Notes: generated from the sequence alone by a model not told the origin. DNA of 64,000 nucleotides from Calditrichia bacterium (GCA_050633245.1 JBOEGD010000004.1:77866-141865), one strand, 5' to 3'; numbered from the stretch's first letter, positions 37,610 through 48,411 are shown. Program-made: numbers and translations.

Positions 37610-39436
37610 TTGGCACCTATACCCGAACATATAATCGACCGGATTCGCGATGCTGTAAACATTGTTGATGTTGTCAGTCGTTATGTGTCCCTCAAGAAAA
37701 GGGGGCGCAATTATACCGGTTTATGTCCATTCCATCAGGAAAAAACACCCTCATTCTCTGTCAATCCCGAAAAACAGATATTTCACTGCTTCGGCTGTGG
37801 CGTCGGTGGAAACGTATTCTCCTTTCTCATGCAGCATGAAAGGCTAAATTTTGTAGACTCTGTAAAGCAGCTTTCTGAGGAAACCGGAATTGAGATCCCT
37901 GTTTCAAAAGAGTTTAAGAAGCAGGAAAGTGAACGAGATCGCTTTTTTCGCTGTAATCTGGCAGCGCAGCGGTTTTATCAACAAAAACTCCCTGAAGCGC
38001 CTGCGTCATTACGCACCTATTTGCAAGGTCGCGGATTGAATGATGAATCGATGCAAAACTTCTTAATTGGTTATGCTCCCGAGGGTTGGGATAATCTGCG
38101 CAAAGCGATAGAAGCTGGCAAAGGCAAACTCGAGGATTACCAGACGCTCGGTCTGCTACTCTTGAGTGAAAAGAAAAATTCCGTTTACGATCGTTTTCGC
38201 AATCGACTGATGTTTCCGATACAGGATGCCGCAGGCAAAATTCTTGGCTTTGGTGGAAGAGCACTGGTCGATGAGCCCGGATCTCCCAAATACATCAACT
38301 CTCCGGAATCCCCGATTTATCAGAAGAGCCGGGTGCTGTATGGCATCAACCGCTCAAAAGATGCGATTCGGGAAGCCGAGCGAGTTCTGGTTGTTGAAGG
38401 ATACATGGATGTGATTCAACTGCATCAGGCTGGAATCCGCAATGTCGTGGCGACGAGTGGAACGGCGCTTACTGAGGATCATGCTGCGATTCTGCGTCGC
38501 TATGCAAAAGACGTAACGCTTTGCTACGACGCCGATAAGGCCGGAATCAAAGCTGCTGTACGCGGTGGTGAAACCATGTTTCAACAGGATTTAAACGTAT
38601 CGGTTCTGATTCTGCCGGAAGGGGAAGATCCCGACAGCTATGTGAAAGAGCATGGCGCGGAATCATTTAAGACCTTACTTGCTGAAGCGCAGGATTACTG
38701 GGATTTTCGTCTTTCCAGTTTGCAGCATAGTTTCGACATGCAGCATGCAGGTGGACGTTCGGAAGCTGTTTCCGAAATTCTGAGCGTGTTGGCTTCACTT
38801 AAAGATCAGGTAAAAGCCGGGTTTTATGTAGAACGGAGCGCAAGCGCTCTTGGAATTGGTGAGGATATTCTGTTTAGCGAACTCAAAAAGAAACGCAGTG
38901 CCGCGGCACGCAGACAAGCCTTCAGAATTGAAGAACCGCCTCCGCCGAGTGAACCCAAGCCATCCGGAAAAGATGCTCCTCTTGCTTTTACCGGTGCATG
39001 GGGAGGAGAAAAAGACGTCATTTTGCTTCTAATCAACTTTTATAAAGATATTCATGAATACGTCTATACACATCTGTCTTCAGAGGACTTCCTAAACGAA
39101 GAATTTCGCATGCTTTTTGAACAGGTTCGTCAGTTAGCGAGTTCAGACAACGTGATGCATCACGTGCTTGAAAATATCACTTCTAAACCTTTGCGAGAAT
39201 TATTTGTGCATGAGATGGAGCATACCAACAGTCAGTTTAACAAGCCGTCGCTTTATTTGCAAGACTGCATCAAACAGCTAAAGATTCAGCGCTATCGGGC
39301 GGAGGGTGAGCGTGCAAAGATGCGCTTGAAGGAAATGGCACCTGAGGATGAACAGTATATGGATATTTTGCAGCAGTTACATGTCTCGAATACCCAGCTC
39401 AAAAAATGGCGGGATGTGGAATCGACCCGGGAGTGA
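37610..39436 (+). CDS. dnaG: DNA primase
   Basis: CPFHQEKTPSF..CFGC zinc finger, DRFRNRLMFPI, KYINSPE, VEGYMD and YDAD.AG (TOPRIM). Likely start TTG 37610. Confidence 0.97.
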   Translation: MAPIPEHIIDRIRDAVNIVDVVSRYVSLKKRGRNYTGLCPFHQEKTPSFSVNPEKQIFHCFGCGVGGNVFSFLMQHERLNFVDSVKQLSEETGIEIPVSKEFKKQESERDRFFRCNLAAQRFYQQKLPEAPASLRTYLQGRGLNDESMQNFLIGYAPEGWDNLRKAIEAGKGKLEDYQTLGLLLLSEKKNSVYDRFRNRLMFPIQDAAGKILGFGGRALVDEPGSPKYINSPESPIYQKSRVLYGINRSKDAIREAERVLVVEGYMDVIQLHQAGIRNVVATSGTALTEDHAAILRRYAKDVTLCYDADKAGIKAAVRGGETMFQQDLNVSVLILPEGEDPDSYVKEHGAESFKTLLAEAQDYWDFRLSSLQHSFDMQHAGGRSEAVSEILSVLASLKDQVKAGFYVERSASALGIGEDILFSELKKKRSAAARRQAFRIEEPPPPSEPKPSGKDAPLAFTGAWGGEKDVILLLINFYKDIHEYVYTHLSSEDFLNEEFRMLFEQVRQLASSDNVMHHVLENITSKPLRELFVHEMEHTNSQFNKPSLYLQDCIKQLKIQRYRAEGERAKMRLKEMAPEDEQYMDILQQLHVSNTQLKKWRDVESTRE

Positions 39437-39563
39437 GGCAGAAGGCAGACGGGATAAAAGATGCGCAAAGAAACCGTTAAGATGCAATGCTTCGCATCTC
39501 CAGACAACGGCGCAGGCAAGTGAAGAACAGTACGAACAATGGTAAACATTTACAGGACAAAGA

Positions 39564-40031
39564 ATGAACAAGACACAGGTTTTTCAGAGCGCTTGTAAAG
39601 CGGTAGAGAATATAATTGAAGAAAATCGGGAGCGTGATAGTGCGCTACTTAAAATTTGCGAGGTGCTGCACGAGAAAATAGATTATTACGATTGGGTCGG
39701 CTTTTATCTTGTCGATCCCAATGCTGATCGTGAATTGGTGCTGGGCCCCTATGTAGGAGAAGCAACCGATCATACGCGCATTTCATTTGGGCAGGGGATT
39801 TGCGGACAGGCAGCAGAAACTGAGGAAACGTTTGTTATTCAGGACGTTTCCAAGGAAGATAATTATCTGGCTTGTGGTCTGAGTGTAAAGTCGGAAATTG
39901 TGGTGCCTGTGTTTAAAGATGGTCAGGTTGTGGCCGAGCTGGATATCGATTCAAGTGTGCTTGAGCCTTTTTCTGAGGAAGATAGGGTGGCAATGGAGAA
40001 GATCGCGAAGCTGGCCAGTGTACTTTTTTAG
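39564..40031 (+). CDS. msrC: GAF domain protein, free methionine-(R)-sulfoxide reductase-like
   Basis: WVGFY, LGPYVG, GQGICG, YLAC..SEIVVP and LDIDS. Confidence 0.75.
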   Translation: MNKTQVFQSACKAVENIIEENRERDSALLKICEVLHEKIDYYDWVGFYLVDPNADRELVLGPYVGEATDHTRISFGQGICGQAAETEETFVIQDVSKEDNYLACGLSVKSEIVVPVFKDGQVVAELDIDSSVLEPFSEEDRVAMEKIAKLASVLF

Positions 40032-40043
40032 CAGCAAAAAGAA

Positions 40044-40072
40044 AGGCGATTTCACTATGGGTGAAATCGCCT
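40044..40072 (-). terminator. Intrinsic terminator between the convergent GAF and sod genes
   Basis: AGGCGATTTCAC-N5-GTGAAATCGCCT with an A-tract on the left, i.e. a U-tract on the - strand. Confidence 0.75.
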
Positions 40073-40098
40073 GACCAAGTTTTACATGGATGACCTGC

Positions 40099-40698
40099 TT
40101 AGAAACGTTTTGCTACAGCATTCCAATCCACAACATTCCAGAATGCCTCAATGTAGGCCGGACGACGATTCTGGTAGTTCAAATAATATGCGTGCTCCCA
40201 TACATCCAGCCCCAGTAGCGGATAGTCGCCGTCGGTTATCGGATTGTCCTGATTCGGTGTAGATGTAACAGCAACAGATCCGTCTGATTTGCGAACCAGC
40301 CAGGCCCAGCCGCTGCCAAAGCGTGTCGCAGCAGCTGCTGCAAAAGCTTCTTTGAAGGCATCAAAGCTGCCAAACGCATCATTTATGGCGTTTGCGAGAG
40401 AACCGGAAGGCTCACCTCCACCATCGGCACTCATTGTTGCCCAGAAAATAGTGTGGTTATAGTGCCCACCACCATTATTGCGAACACCACCCTTAGCGGA
40501 TTCCGGCAGATCGTTTAGAGACTTCAGTAAATCTTCAATGCTTTTTCCTGCAAGCTCAGTATGGCCTTCAAGTGCAGCATTTAGTTTTTTTACATAGCCA
40601 CCGTGGTGTAAGTCGTGGTGGATGGTCATGGTGCGCTCATCAATATGAGGCTCCAAAGCATTATATGCATATGGCAGATCAGGTAGTTCAAAAGCCAT
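40099..40698 (-). CDS. sodA: Superoxide dismutase, probably Mn-type
   Basis: [48 protein letters not shown] and DVWEHAYY. Start ATG 40698. Confidence 0.93.
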   Translation of the reverse strand: MAFELPDLPYAYNALEPHIDERTMTIHHDLHHGGYVKKLNAALEGHTELAGKSIEDLLKSLNDLPESAKGGVRNNGGGHYNHTIFWATMSADGGGEPSGSLANAINDAFGSFDAFKEAFAAAAATRFGSGWAWLVRKSDGSVAVTSTPNQDNPITDGDYPLLGLDVWEHAYYLNYQNRRPAYIEAFWNVVDWNAVAKRF

Positions 40699-40904
40699 TC
40701 TTTGCTCCTTTGTTTGTAGTGTTAGGCGTGAGTTACTATCACTTTTCAGACAAATAAAATACTCCGAGGCTCTAGGGGTTGTCAAGCGCAAAAAGAAAAC
40801 ATCTTGACTGCCTTAATGGCAAAGTGTAATATTGGGCTTGGATAGAATCGAAGAGAATAATTTTAAATATTTAGCCCCTATTTTTACTGCAAAGGAGAAG
40901 TGAA

Positions 40905-41417
40905 ATGAGCATGAACCGTACTGTTACGATGGGTGGAAACCCGATGAATCTAAGTGGTGATGGTCTTGGCGTAGGCAGCAAGGCACCGGACTTTACACTG
41001 GTTGGACTGGATATGAAGCCGAAAACTCTCTCTGACTTTAGCGGAAAGGTCTGTATAATCAGCACTGTTCCGTCACTCGATACTGGTGTTTGTGATACGG
41101 AAACACGCCGTTTTAATGTGTTGGCTGGTGAATTGAGTGATGATATTGAGATTCTTACCGTAAGTGTCGACCTGCCCTTTGCTCAAAAACGATGGTGTGG
41201 GGCCAGCGGCGTAGACAAGGTGACGATGTTGTCTGACCACATGACTGTCGACTTTGGAAAAAACTATGGTGTTCTGGTAACGGATTTGCGCATTCTTGCA
41301 CGCTGTGTGTTTGTTGTAGATAGAGAAGGCGTTATTCGCTATACGCAACTGGTGCCGGAAATCGCTCAGGAACCGGATTATGATCCGATTATCGCAGCAG
41401 CAAAAGAGCTTCTTTAG
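40905..41417 (+). CDS. tpx: Thiol peroxidase (atypical 2-Cys peroxiredoxin)
   Basis: PSLDTGVC, SVDLPFAQKRWC and EPDYD. Confidence 0.95.
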   Translation: MSMNRTVTMGGNPMNLSGDGLGVGSKAPDFTLVGLDMKPKTLSDFSGKVCIISTVPSLDTGVCDTETRRFNVLAGELSDDIEILTVSVDLPFAQKRWCGASGVDKVTMLSDHMTVDFGKNYGVLVTDLRILARCVFVVDREGVIRYTQLVPEIAQEPDYDPIIAAAKELL

Positions 41418-41506
41418 AATTACGTGCGGAGAACAGAAAGTTTGAAGGTCTCATTCTTTTTGTTCTCTGTCCCTGAAACCTTTCTTCAAAAAATGTGCTG
41501 AATACA

Positions 41507-42739
41507 ATGGAAATAGCAATTGACATTCTTGTGGAGATCTGGAATCTTACCCTCGAGATGGCCCCGTATTTAATATTGGGCTTTCTTGTGGCCGGATTCT
41601 TAAGCCTCGTGCTGCCGCGAGACAAGGTTGCTGCGCATCTGTCCGGCAACTCGGTCGGTTCAGTAGCCAAAGCCGCAGTGCTTGGAATGCCGCTTCCGCT
41701 TTGTTCCTGCGGTGTTATTCCTGTTACAGCCCACTTGGAAAAGCAGGGAGCCAGCCGTGGTTCGGTGCTTTCCTTCCTGATTTCGACACCTACCAGCGGC
41801 GTAGATTCTATTTTGGCCACCTATGCACTTTTGGGACCCTTACTTGCAATAATGCGTCCGATTGCCTCCCTGGTCAGCGGTTTCTTTACCGGAATATTGC
41901 AGATTCGAGTCCATGCTGATAAGCAAGATCATGCAGCGCAGCAAGCAGAGCCTGAGGAAGTAGACAATCGAACGACAACGGAGAAAATTGTGGCAGCCAT
42001 TCGTTATGGTTTAGACGACTTAGTTGCCGACACCGCAAAATGGTTGATTATCGGACTGATTGCCGGTGGAGTTCTTAGCTACGTTTTGCCTGCAACTCTC
42101 GCTGGCAGCTATTTAGCAGATCCGTGGATAAGCTATCCTCTAATGTTGTTGGTTGGCATACCCATGTATGTTTGTGCAACCGGTTCCATTCCAATTGCTG
42201 CTTCAATGATTTTCAACGGAATGTCTCCGGGAGCCGGATTCATATTCCTCTTCGCCGGCCCGGCGAGTAACACTGCTACGCTGTCTTTTGTATGGGGAAA
42301 ACTTGGCAAAAAAACACTTGTGCTCTACCTCGGCTCAATTATCGTATGGTCGCTCTTTTTTGGATTGGTTATAGATGTAATTTGGGAATTGTCTGGTAAG
42401 AGCTTTGCACTGCTCGGACATCAGCACGACCTGCTTCCGGCATGGTTGAAAATCCCGAGTGCGATTTTGCTGATAGCGCTTCTTGTTCGCGTTTATCTCC
42501 CGAAAAAAACGCAGGTTATTAACGATAGCAACAGTGAATTTATGGTGGAAGATATGAATTGCGAGCACTGCCGTAAAACGATTAGTGCAGCACTAACTTC
42601 CGTAGAAGGTATTACTGAATTCGCAGTAGATTTGGATAAGAAATCCGTTTCCATCGCAGGCTCAGTGAAGCCGGAAACGGTTATTGCAGCGATTCGTGGC
42701 GCAGGATACTCTGTTTGCGATGCGGTTGATCCATATTAA
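41507..42739 (+). CDS. SO_0444/ArsP-like permease (Cu/Zn efflux) with C-terminal HMA domain
   Basis: PLPLCSCGVIP, ISTP..GVDS, PMYVCAT.S.P and C-terminal MNCEHC. Confidence 0.88.
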   Translation: MEIAIDILVEIWNLTLEMAPYLILGFLVAGFLSLVLPRDKVAAHLSGNSVGSVAKAAVLGMPLPLCSCGVIPVTAHLEKQGASRGSVLSFLISTPTSGVDSILATYALLGPLLAIMRPIASLVSGFFTGILQIRVHADKQDHAAQQAEPEEVDNRTTTEKIVAAIRYGLDDLVADTAKWLIIGLIAGGVLSYVLPATLAGSYLADPWISYPLMLLVGIPMYVCATGSIPIAASMIFNGMSPGAGFIFLFAGPASNTATLSFVWGKLGKKTLVLYLGSIIVWSLFFGLVIDVIWELSGKSFALLGHQHDLLPAWLKIPSAILLIALLVRVYLPKKTQVINDSNSEFMVEDMNCEHCRKTISAALTSVEGITEFAVDLDKKSVSIAGSVKPETVIAAIRGAGYSVCDAVDPY

Positions 42740-42750
42740 AAGGAGTATTC

Positions 42751-43374
42751 ATGTCTCAAAGCCTGCTTCCTGTTTTTCCGCTACAGCTGGTGTTATTCCC
42801 CGGAATGCTTCTTCCATTGCACATCTTTGAAGAACGCTATAGGGAAATGATTGCCCGCTGTTTAGAGAAGAAAGAGCCTTTTGCTATCGTATTGGTTCAA
42901 AATGATGCCGTTATGGAGACAGCAACTCTTGCAGAAATTGTTGCCGTGGTTAAGGAATATCCGGATGGGCGAATGGATATTTTGACTCGTGGAAACAACC
43001 GGGTTGTGCTCAAAAATGTTTCTGAAGCAGCCAGCTATTTGCAGGCTGAATATTCGGTTCTGGAAGATTTGAATCCCGCTGCCGGAACGGAACTTGTTGA
43101 AAAAGGACGTAATCTGCTTAGAGCATTTATTAAACACAGTGGCGACGAGGTCGATGAAGAAAGACTTGGAGCACTACCTGCGGATGAACTCGGTTTTCTT
43201 ATTGCAGCACATGGCGGTTTTAGTCTCCTTGAAAAACAGCGGTTTCTGGAAATGACTGATGCCTCTGAAAGGCTAGACGCTCAGCTCAAACTTGCTGAAA
43301 TACTTGATGCGCGTGCGACAACTGATGCAATTGAGCGAAAACCCATAAGTACGAACGGAAAGTTGCCGCATTAA
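42751..43374 (+). CDS. LON peptidase N-terminal substrate-binding domain protein
   Basis: LPVFPL..VLFPG..LPLHIFEERYR.M, DGRMDI..G and KQRFLE. Confidence 0.9.
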   Translation: MSQSLLPVFPLQLVLFPGMLLPLHIFEERYREMIARCLEKKEPFAIVLVQNDAVMETATLAEIVAVVKEYPDGRMDILTRGNNRVVLKNVSEAASYLQAEYSVLEDLNPAAGTELVEKGRNLLRAFIKHSGDEVDEERLGALPADELGFLIAAHGGFSLLEKQRFLEMTDASERLDAQLKLAEILDARATTDAIERKPISTNGKLPH

Positions 43375-43462
43375 GCGCTGAGCTTTAGGTATATATTAAC
43401 AATTCATACTATTACTACCCGACATAAACCTCTTGGGCGACTACTCTTGGAAGGAATCTGCT

Positions 43463-44578
43463 ATGCACGACCCACGTCTGCAAAAACTCGCGTCTGTACT
43501 CGTTAACCATTCAACGGCTATTCAATCTGGAGAAAATGTTTTAATCGAAGCATTTGATATTCCTGAAACTCTGGTTGAAATTCTTGTAGACACCGTAGCC
43601 GATAAAGGCGCCAATCCGTTTGTTTGGATAAAGAAAAATCGCGTTATCCGCAATCTTCTGCTGAATGCAACACCATCCCAGTTTGAGACTCTTGGCGAGA
43701 ATGAACTGCAATTAATGAAGCAGATGGATGCCTATATCGGCGTTCGCGGGAGTGAAAATGTAAATGAACTCTCGGATGTGCCGAAGGATAAGATGGATTT
43801 GTATCTAGAGAATGTGCTAAAGCCCGTGCATTTTAAGGAGAGAGTAAATAATACCAAATGGGTTATTCTTAGATATCCAGCGCCTTCTTTTGCACAGCAG
43901 GCCGGGATGAGTACCACGGCATTCGAGGATTTCTTCTTTGATGTTTGCACGCTGGATTATGCCCAAATGGCTGTGGCACAACAGCCGCTAAAAGCCTGGA
44001 TGGAGCGCACCGATCGCGTGGAAATTACTGGTCCCGATACCGATCTCAGTTTTTCGATCAAAGATATCCCGGTAATTACCTGTTCCGGTGGACATAATAT
44101 TCCAGATGGAGAGGTGTTTACTTCACCCGTTCGTGATTCAGTAAATGGTCGAATTGCTTACAATACGCCGACTATCTACCAAGGAATAACGTTTAACGAT
44201 ATTGTTCTGACCTTTAAAGACGGCAAGGTTGTGGAAGCAATTGCCGATAAAACTGAGAAATTAAACGAAATTCTCGATACGGATGAGGGCGCCCGATATA
44301 TTGGTGAATTTGCCATCGCCTTCAATCCGTATATTGTTAATCCAATGCTTGATATTCTGTTTGATGAGAAGATGGCGGGTTCATTTCACTTTACGCCGGG
44401 GAATGCTTATGAGGATGCTGATAACGGTAATCGCTCGAACATTCATTGGGACATGGTGATGCGACAAACGCCGGAGTTTGGTGGTGGTGAAATTCGCTTC
44501 GATGACGAGTTGATACGTAAAGACGGTCTGTTTGTCCCGGCTGATTTACAGGGCTTGAACCCTGAGAACTTGCGATAA
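43463..44578 (+). CDS. Aminopeptidase, M29 family (AmpS/AmpT-like)
   Basis: NIPDGEVFTSP, IGEFAI, LFDEKM..HF.PG.AY and IHWDMV. Start ATG 43463. Confidence 0.92.
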   Translation: MHDPRLQKLASVLVNHSTAIQSGENVLIEAFDIPETLVEILVDTVADKGANPFVWIKKNRVIRNLLLNATPSQFETLGENELQLMKQMDAYIGVRGSENVNELSDVPKDKMDLYLENVLKPVHFKERVNNTKWVILRYPAPSFAQQAGMSTTAFEDFFFDVCTLDYAQMAVAQQPLKAWMERTDRVEITGPDTDLSFSIKDIPVITCSGGHNIPDGEVFTSPVRDSVNGRIAYNTPTIYQGITFNDIVLTFKDGKVVEAIADKTEKLNEILDTDEGARYIGEFAIAFNPYIVNPMLDILFDEKMAGSFHFTPGNAYEDADNGNRSNIHWDMVMRQTPEFGGGEIRFDDELIRKDGLFVPADLQGLNPENLR

Positions 44579-44593
44579 GCGCTGAACGGTAGA

Positions 44594-44619
44594 ATTGAAA
44601 ATTGAACATTGAACATTGG
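44594..44619. repeat. Short 7-bp tandem repeat (ATTGAAC/A)x~3.5
   Basis: attgaaa attgaac attgaac attgg, the reverse complement of the repeat at 1-21. Confidence 0.7.
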
Positions 44620-44626
44620 AACCAAT

Positions 44627-45337
44627 ATGGCAAACAAACCCATAGCTCTTATAACAGGTGCCTCACGCGGAATTGGTCGCGCTACGGCTGTGAGACTGGC
44701 TGAAGGTGGATACAATACGATTCTTACCGGGCGCAATGTTGTCAGCCTTGAAGAATCGCGAGCCCATGTCGTGGCTGCCGGAGACCTTGATTGTAAGGTT
44801 TTTGCCGCTGATCTTGGTAAGTCTGAGGACATTGCGAGGCTCGCTGAGGAAGCAGGGAAGAGGGTTGACGTTCTGATTAATAATGCCGGGCTTCTTCACG
44901 CGAAACCATTTTTAGAACTTACAGATGAAGAAATTAGTGATATGTTGAACCTTAATTTGGTCGCAATAATGCGGCTTACTCGTCACGTCTTGCCACAGAT
45001 GTTGGAGCGTGAATCCGGGGCTATTGTAAACATTGCTTCACTCGCTGCAAAAAATGGCTTTGCCGGGGGAAGCGGATACTGTGCTTCAAAGTTCGGATTG
45101 CGTGGATTTGCTTCCTCTTTAATGCAGGAAGTGCGTAGCAAAAACGTTCGAGTGATTACTCTATTTCCCGGATCGGTGGATACGGGATTGATTGCCCGCT
45201 ATGATGCCGCACCGCGTCCTGATTCAATGCTACAGCCTGATGATGTCGCAGAAGCTATTCTTACGGCGATCTCTTTGCCGGTAAGAGCAACGATCAGTGA
45301 GTTGGATTTGCGGCCGAGCAATCCGCAAAAGCGCTAA
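44627..45337 (+). CDS. SDR family oxidoreductase
   Basis: ITGASRGIG, NNAG and YCASK. Start ATG 44627. Confidence 0.93.
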   Translation: MANKPIALITGASRGIGRATAVRLAEGGYNTILTGRNVVSLEESRAHVVAAGDLDCKVFAADLGKSEDIARLAEEAGKRVDVLINNAGLLHAKPFLELTDEEISDMLNLNLVAIMRLTRHVLPQMLERESGAIVNIASLAAKNGFAGGSGYCASKFGLRGFASSLMQEVRSKNVRVITLFPGSVDTGLIARYDAAPRPDSMLQPDDVAEAILTAISLPVRATISELDLRPSNPQKR

Positions 45338-45461
45338 ATGCCGCAATAAAGTTTGTATACTAAAGAAGTTTGATTTACGATACATGCACTGATATTTCAT
45401 CGCGCTATCTTTGCAGAGCATTGTTACTGGAATGAATCACTAGATATTTGAGAATTACTGT

Positions 45462-46265
45462 ATGATAGACATCCACAATCATATTATTTTTCGGTTTGAC
45501 GACGGGCCGAAAACGCTGAATGAATCGCTTGATATGCTGCGAATGGCTGCTGATCAGGGGATTACCGACGTATTTGCTACTTCCCACTTCAATGAGATGA
45601 TTCCGCAGGAAACTGAGGAAGACTATTTCAACAAGCTTGCGCTATTACGTGAAGAAGTTGATAAAAAGAATATTGCTATCAAGCTTCACTCGGGCTCGGA
45701 AATGTTTTACCATCACTTCATGGATAAAACGGTTGCCTCCAGTCGCGTTACCACCTTAGCCGATCAAAATCAGTATATCTTAATGGAATTCCCGATGTTT
45801 CTAATGCCTACCGGTGTTGAGGACACGGTTTTCAAGCTGACCATGGATGATTACATTCCAATTATTGCTCACCCGGAGCGCTATTCGGTTATTATTGAAA
45901 AGCCGGAAAAAATCGTTCTGTTTATACGTTATGGCGGTCTGTTGCAGGTAAATGCCGGCAGTATTGTTGGAGATTTTGGTCGTCGGGTACAGAAAATTGC
46001 CTTAAATCTACTCGAGAAGCAGCTGGTGCATTTTGTGGCATCTGATGCCCACAGCACCAAAGGACGTTCCTTCAAGTTAGATAAAGCTATTTCGGTCATG
46101 GAAGAGAACCTTGATAAAGAGTATGTCAAGCAGCTGACGCAAACCAATCCTGCCGCCATCCTAAGTCGCGAGCGTCTAAAAAATGTTGCTCTTCCGCAGC
46201 TTGAACTGGAAGATGAGTCTGGCGGTTTCCTCAGTCGTGTGAAGCGGCGTTTTAAGCTGAGCTAG
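45462..46265 (+). CDS. CpsB/CapC family PHP-domain tyrosine phosphatase
   Basis: MIDIHNH, DDGP, ATSH, IAHPERY and ASDAH. Confidence 0.92.
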   Translation: MIDIHNHIIFRFDDGPKTLNESLDMLRMAADQGITDVFATSHFNEMIPQETEEDYFNKLALLREEVDKKNIAIKLHSGSEMFYHHFMDKTVASSRVTTLADQNQYILMEFPMFLMPTGVEDTVFKLTMDDYIPIIAHPERYSVIIEKPEKIVLFIRYGGLLQVNAGSIVGDFGRRVQKIALNLLEKQLVHFVASDAHSTKGRSFKLDKAISVMEENLDKEYVKQLTQTNPAAILSRERLKNVALPQLELEDESGGFLSRVKRRFKLS

Positions 46266-46286
46266 GCACTTGCCCACATAAAATCC

Positions 46287-46315
46287 TTGTTTTAAATCTC
46301 CTGTAAATATACATT
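46287..46315 (+). promoter_or_regulatory. Sigma70-type promoter for the Fe-S oxidoreductase
   Basis: TTGTTT-N17-TACATT. Confidence 0.5.
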
Positions 46316-46377
46316 TATCAGCAGGTAATCTATTTCATGCCTGTCGATTACATGTCCACTTATTTTCAGGAGCATTT

Positions 46378-48411
46378 ATGTCCCCAACGGCTACTCTTCC
46401 TGCAAAGTTCATTTTTACTATCATGCTTGTTGCCGCGGTTGCAGCCTTTATTTACTTCATGTATTTGCGCATCAAAGTTCTGTATGCCGCTCAGCCGGTA
46501 GATAGATTTAATAATTATGGCGAGCGTTTTCGCAGCTTGATCGTTTATTATCTTGCACAAAAACGCATGTTGGATAAGCGCTTTCGTGGTGCCGGTTTTA
46601 TGCACGCCATGGTTTTTTGGGGTTTTGTTGCTGTTTCCCTGAACACAGTGCACCTTATTGTGCGGGCCTACGTTCCCGGTTTCCACATGCCGCTGTTTGG
46701 ACCGGATAGCCCGTTGGGATATTTTTACATCTTTATCCGAGACGTATTCGAAATAATGGTCTTCGTAATGGTGCTATTTTTCGCCTATAGGCGTCTCGTT
46801 ATCAAGCCAGACCGTATTAGCCTGTCTGGCGATGCTGCTTTTATCCTCAGTATGATCGCCACCCTGATGGTAACAGATTTTTTCCTCAATGGCTCTGCTA
46901 AAGCACTGTATGGAGAAACAGGTGAAGCGCCGTCCTTTGTTGCCAATATCATGGCCGGATTCCTTGCGCCTATGAGCAAGGGTTCTTTATCTGTTCTGCA
47001 CGACTCTGCCTGGTGGCTGCACATGGTAACGCTGCTGTTTTTTATGGCATATCTGCCAATATCCAAACACTTTCATGTGGTTACCTCAGCATTCAACGTC
47101 TTTTTCCGCAATCTGGAGCCCAGCCGGCTGCCTCATATGGATCTGGAAGATGAAAATCTCGAAAATTACGGCGTGTCTGCGGTTGAGCAGTTCGACTGGA
47201 AAGACATTCTCGACGTTTATACATGTACTCATTGCGGACGCTGTCAATCCGTATGTCCCGCCTACGCCACCGAAAAACCTCTGTCGCCAAAGAAGGTGAA
47301 CGAAGACATGCGTGAGCACGTTATGGAAAAAACTCCGTGGATTCTTCAAATGGCCGATCAGGTTAACGGCGAAGGTGCTGCCTGGGAGGGTGAAGCATTG
47401 GTTGGTGGGGCAATTAAGGAAGAAACCATCTGGTCTTGCACTACCTGTAAAGCCTGTGAAGATGCCTGTCCGCTATTCATCGACTTTATCGATCGCTTTG
47501 TAGAAATGCGTCGTCACCTGGTTCTTGAGGAGAGTCGCTTTCCTGCAGAGTTGACAAATATATTCAAAAATCTCGAAAACAGTGGAAATCCATGGGGAAT
47601 AGCACCGGACGATCGTGAAAACTGGATGGAAGGGTTATCAATTCCCAAGGCGCGCGATGTAGATACCGAGGTCGAATACCTGTTCTTTGTCGGTTGTGCC
47701 GGGGCATTCGACCAGAAAGCACAGAAGACCGTGCAGTCTCTGTCAGCCATTCTTAATAGCGCTGGTGTTAACTACGCGGTGCTTGGAAAAGAAGAAACCT
47801 GCACGGGAGATCCTGCAAGGCGAGTAGGCAATGAATATTTGTATCAGATGATGGCTGAACAAAACATCGAGATGTTAAATTCGAAAAGTTTTAAGAAGGT
47901 GATTACCAGTTGCCCGCACTGTTACAATACAATCAAAAATGAATATCCGCAGCTTGGCGGCAATTTTAAGGTTGTTCATCATACCGAAGTAATTGCCGAA
48001 CTTATAAAAGAAGGTAAAATTACGCTGACTGAAAAACTTGATAAAACCATTACCTATCACGATTCCTGCTACATTGGTCGTCATAATGATGTCTACGACG
48101 CACCAAGAGAGGCTCTGAAGGCCATTCCCGGCGTAACGCTACAGGAGATGCCTCGTAGTCGCAATAACGGCTTCTGTTGCGGTGCTGGCGGCGGACGTAT
48201 GTGGATGGAAGAAGACAAGCCTCGCGTAAATCAGAATCGCGTTGATGAAGCCGCTACCGAAACGGATGCCGGCCTTGTCAGTACAGCTTGTCCGTTTTGT
48301 TCGATCATGATTCATGATGGAATTAATGAAACGGGGCGAGAAGGGCAGTTGGAAACAATGGATGTTGCTCAGCTGGTAGCCCAGTCGATGAAAAAAAGTG
48401 ACAGCGCTTGA
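46378..48411 (+). CDS. Membrane Fe-S oxidoreductase (FadF/HdrD-like; NarI-like TM region, 2x[4Fe-4S], two CCG domains)
   Basis: TM helices with His residues, CTHCGRCQSVCP, CTTCKACEDACP, CTGD, CPHC, YHDSC and CCGAGGG. Confidence 0.92.
   Translation: MSPTATLPAKFIFTIMLVAAVAAFIYFMYLRIKVLYAAQPVDRFNNYGERFRSLIVYYLAQKRMLDKRFRGAGFMHAMVFWGFVAVSLNTVHLIVRAYVPGFHMPLFGPDSPLGYFYIFIRDVFEIMVFVMVLFFAYRRLVIKPDRISLSGDAAFILSMIATLMVTDFFLNGSAKALYGETGEAPSFVANIMAGFLAPMSKGSLSVLHDSAWWLHMVTLLFFMAYLPISKHFHVVTSAFNVFFRNLEPSRLPHMDLEDENLENYGVSAVEQFDWKDILDVYTCTHCGRCQSVCPAYATEKPLSPKKVNEDMREHVMEKTPWILQMADQVNGEGAAWEGEALVGGAIKEETIWSCTTCKACEDACPLFIDFIDRFVEMRRHLVLEESRFPAELTNIFKNLENSGNPWGIAPDDRENWMEGLSIPKARDVDTEVEYLFFVGCAGAFDQKAQKTVQSLSAILNSAGVNYAVLGKEETCTGDPARRVGNEYLYQMMAEQNIEMLNSKSFKKVITSCPHCYNTIKNEYPQLGGNFKVVHHTEVIAELIKEGKITLTEKLDKTITYHDSCYIGRHNDVYDAPREALKAIPGVTLQEMPRSRNNGFCCGAGGGRMWMEEDKPRVNQNRVDEAATETDAGLVSTACPFCSIMIHDGINETGREGQLETMDVAQLVAQSMKKSDSA

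Noticed and set aside
39436-39545. Degenerate heptamers and the AGATGC..GCATCT palindrome after dnaG; 65-aa ORF 39348-39545
   Set aside because: Too short and degenerate to call a repeat family. The ORF overlaps dnaG out of frame with no RBS or motif.
40852-40866. PerR/Fur-like box between sodA and tpx
   Set aside because: Only 10/14 match to TTATAATNATTATAA in AT-rich DNA, not distinguishable from background.
45462-46265. CpsB/CapC phosphatase as the sign of a capsule locus
   Set aside because: No BY-kinase, Wzz/Wza or glycosyltransferase neighbours; it is an orphan gene.
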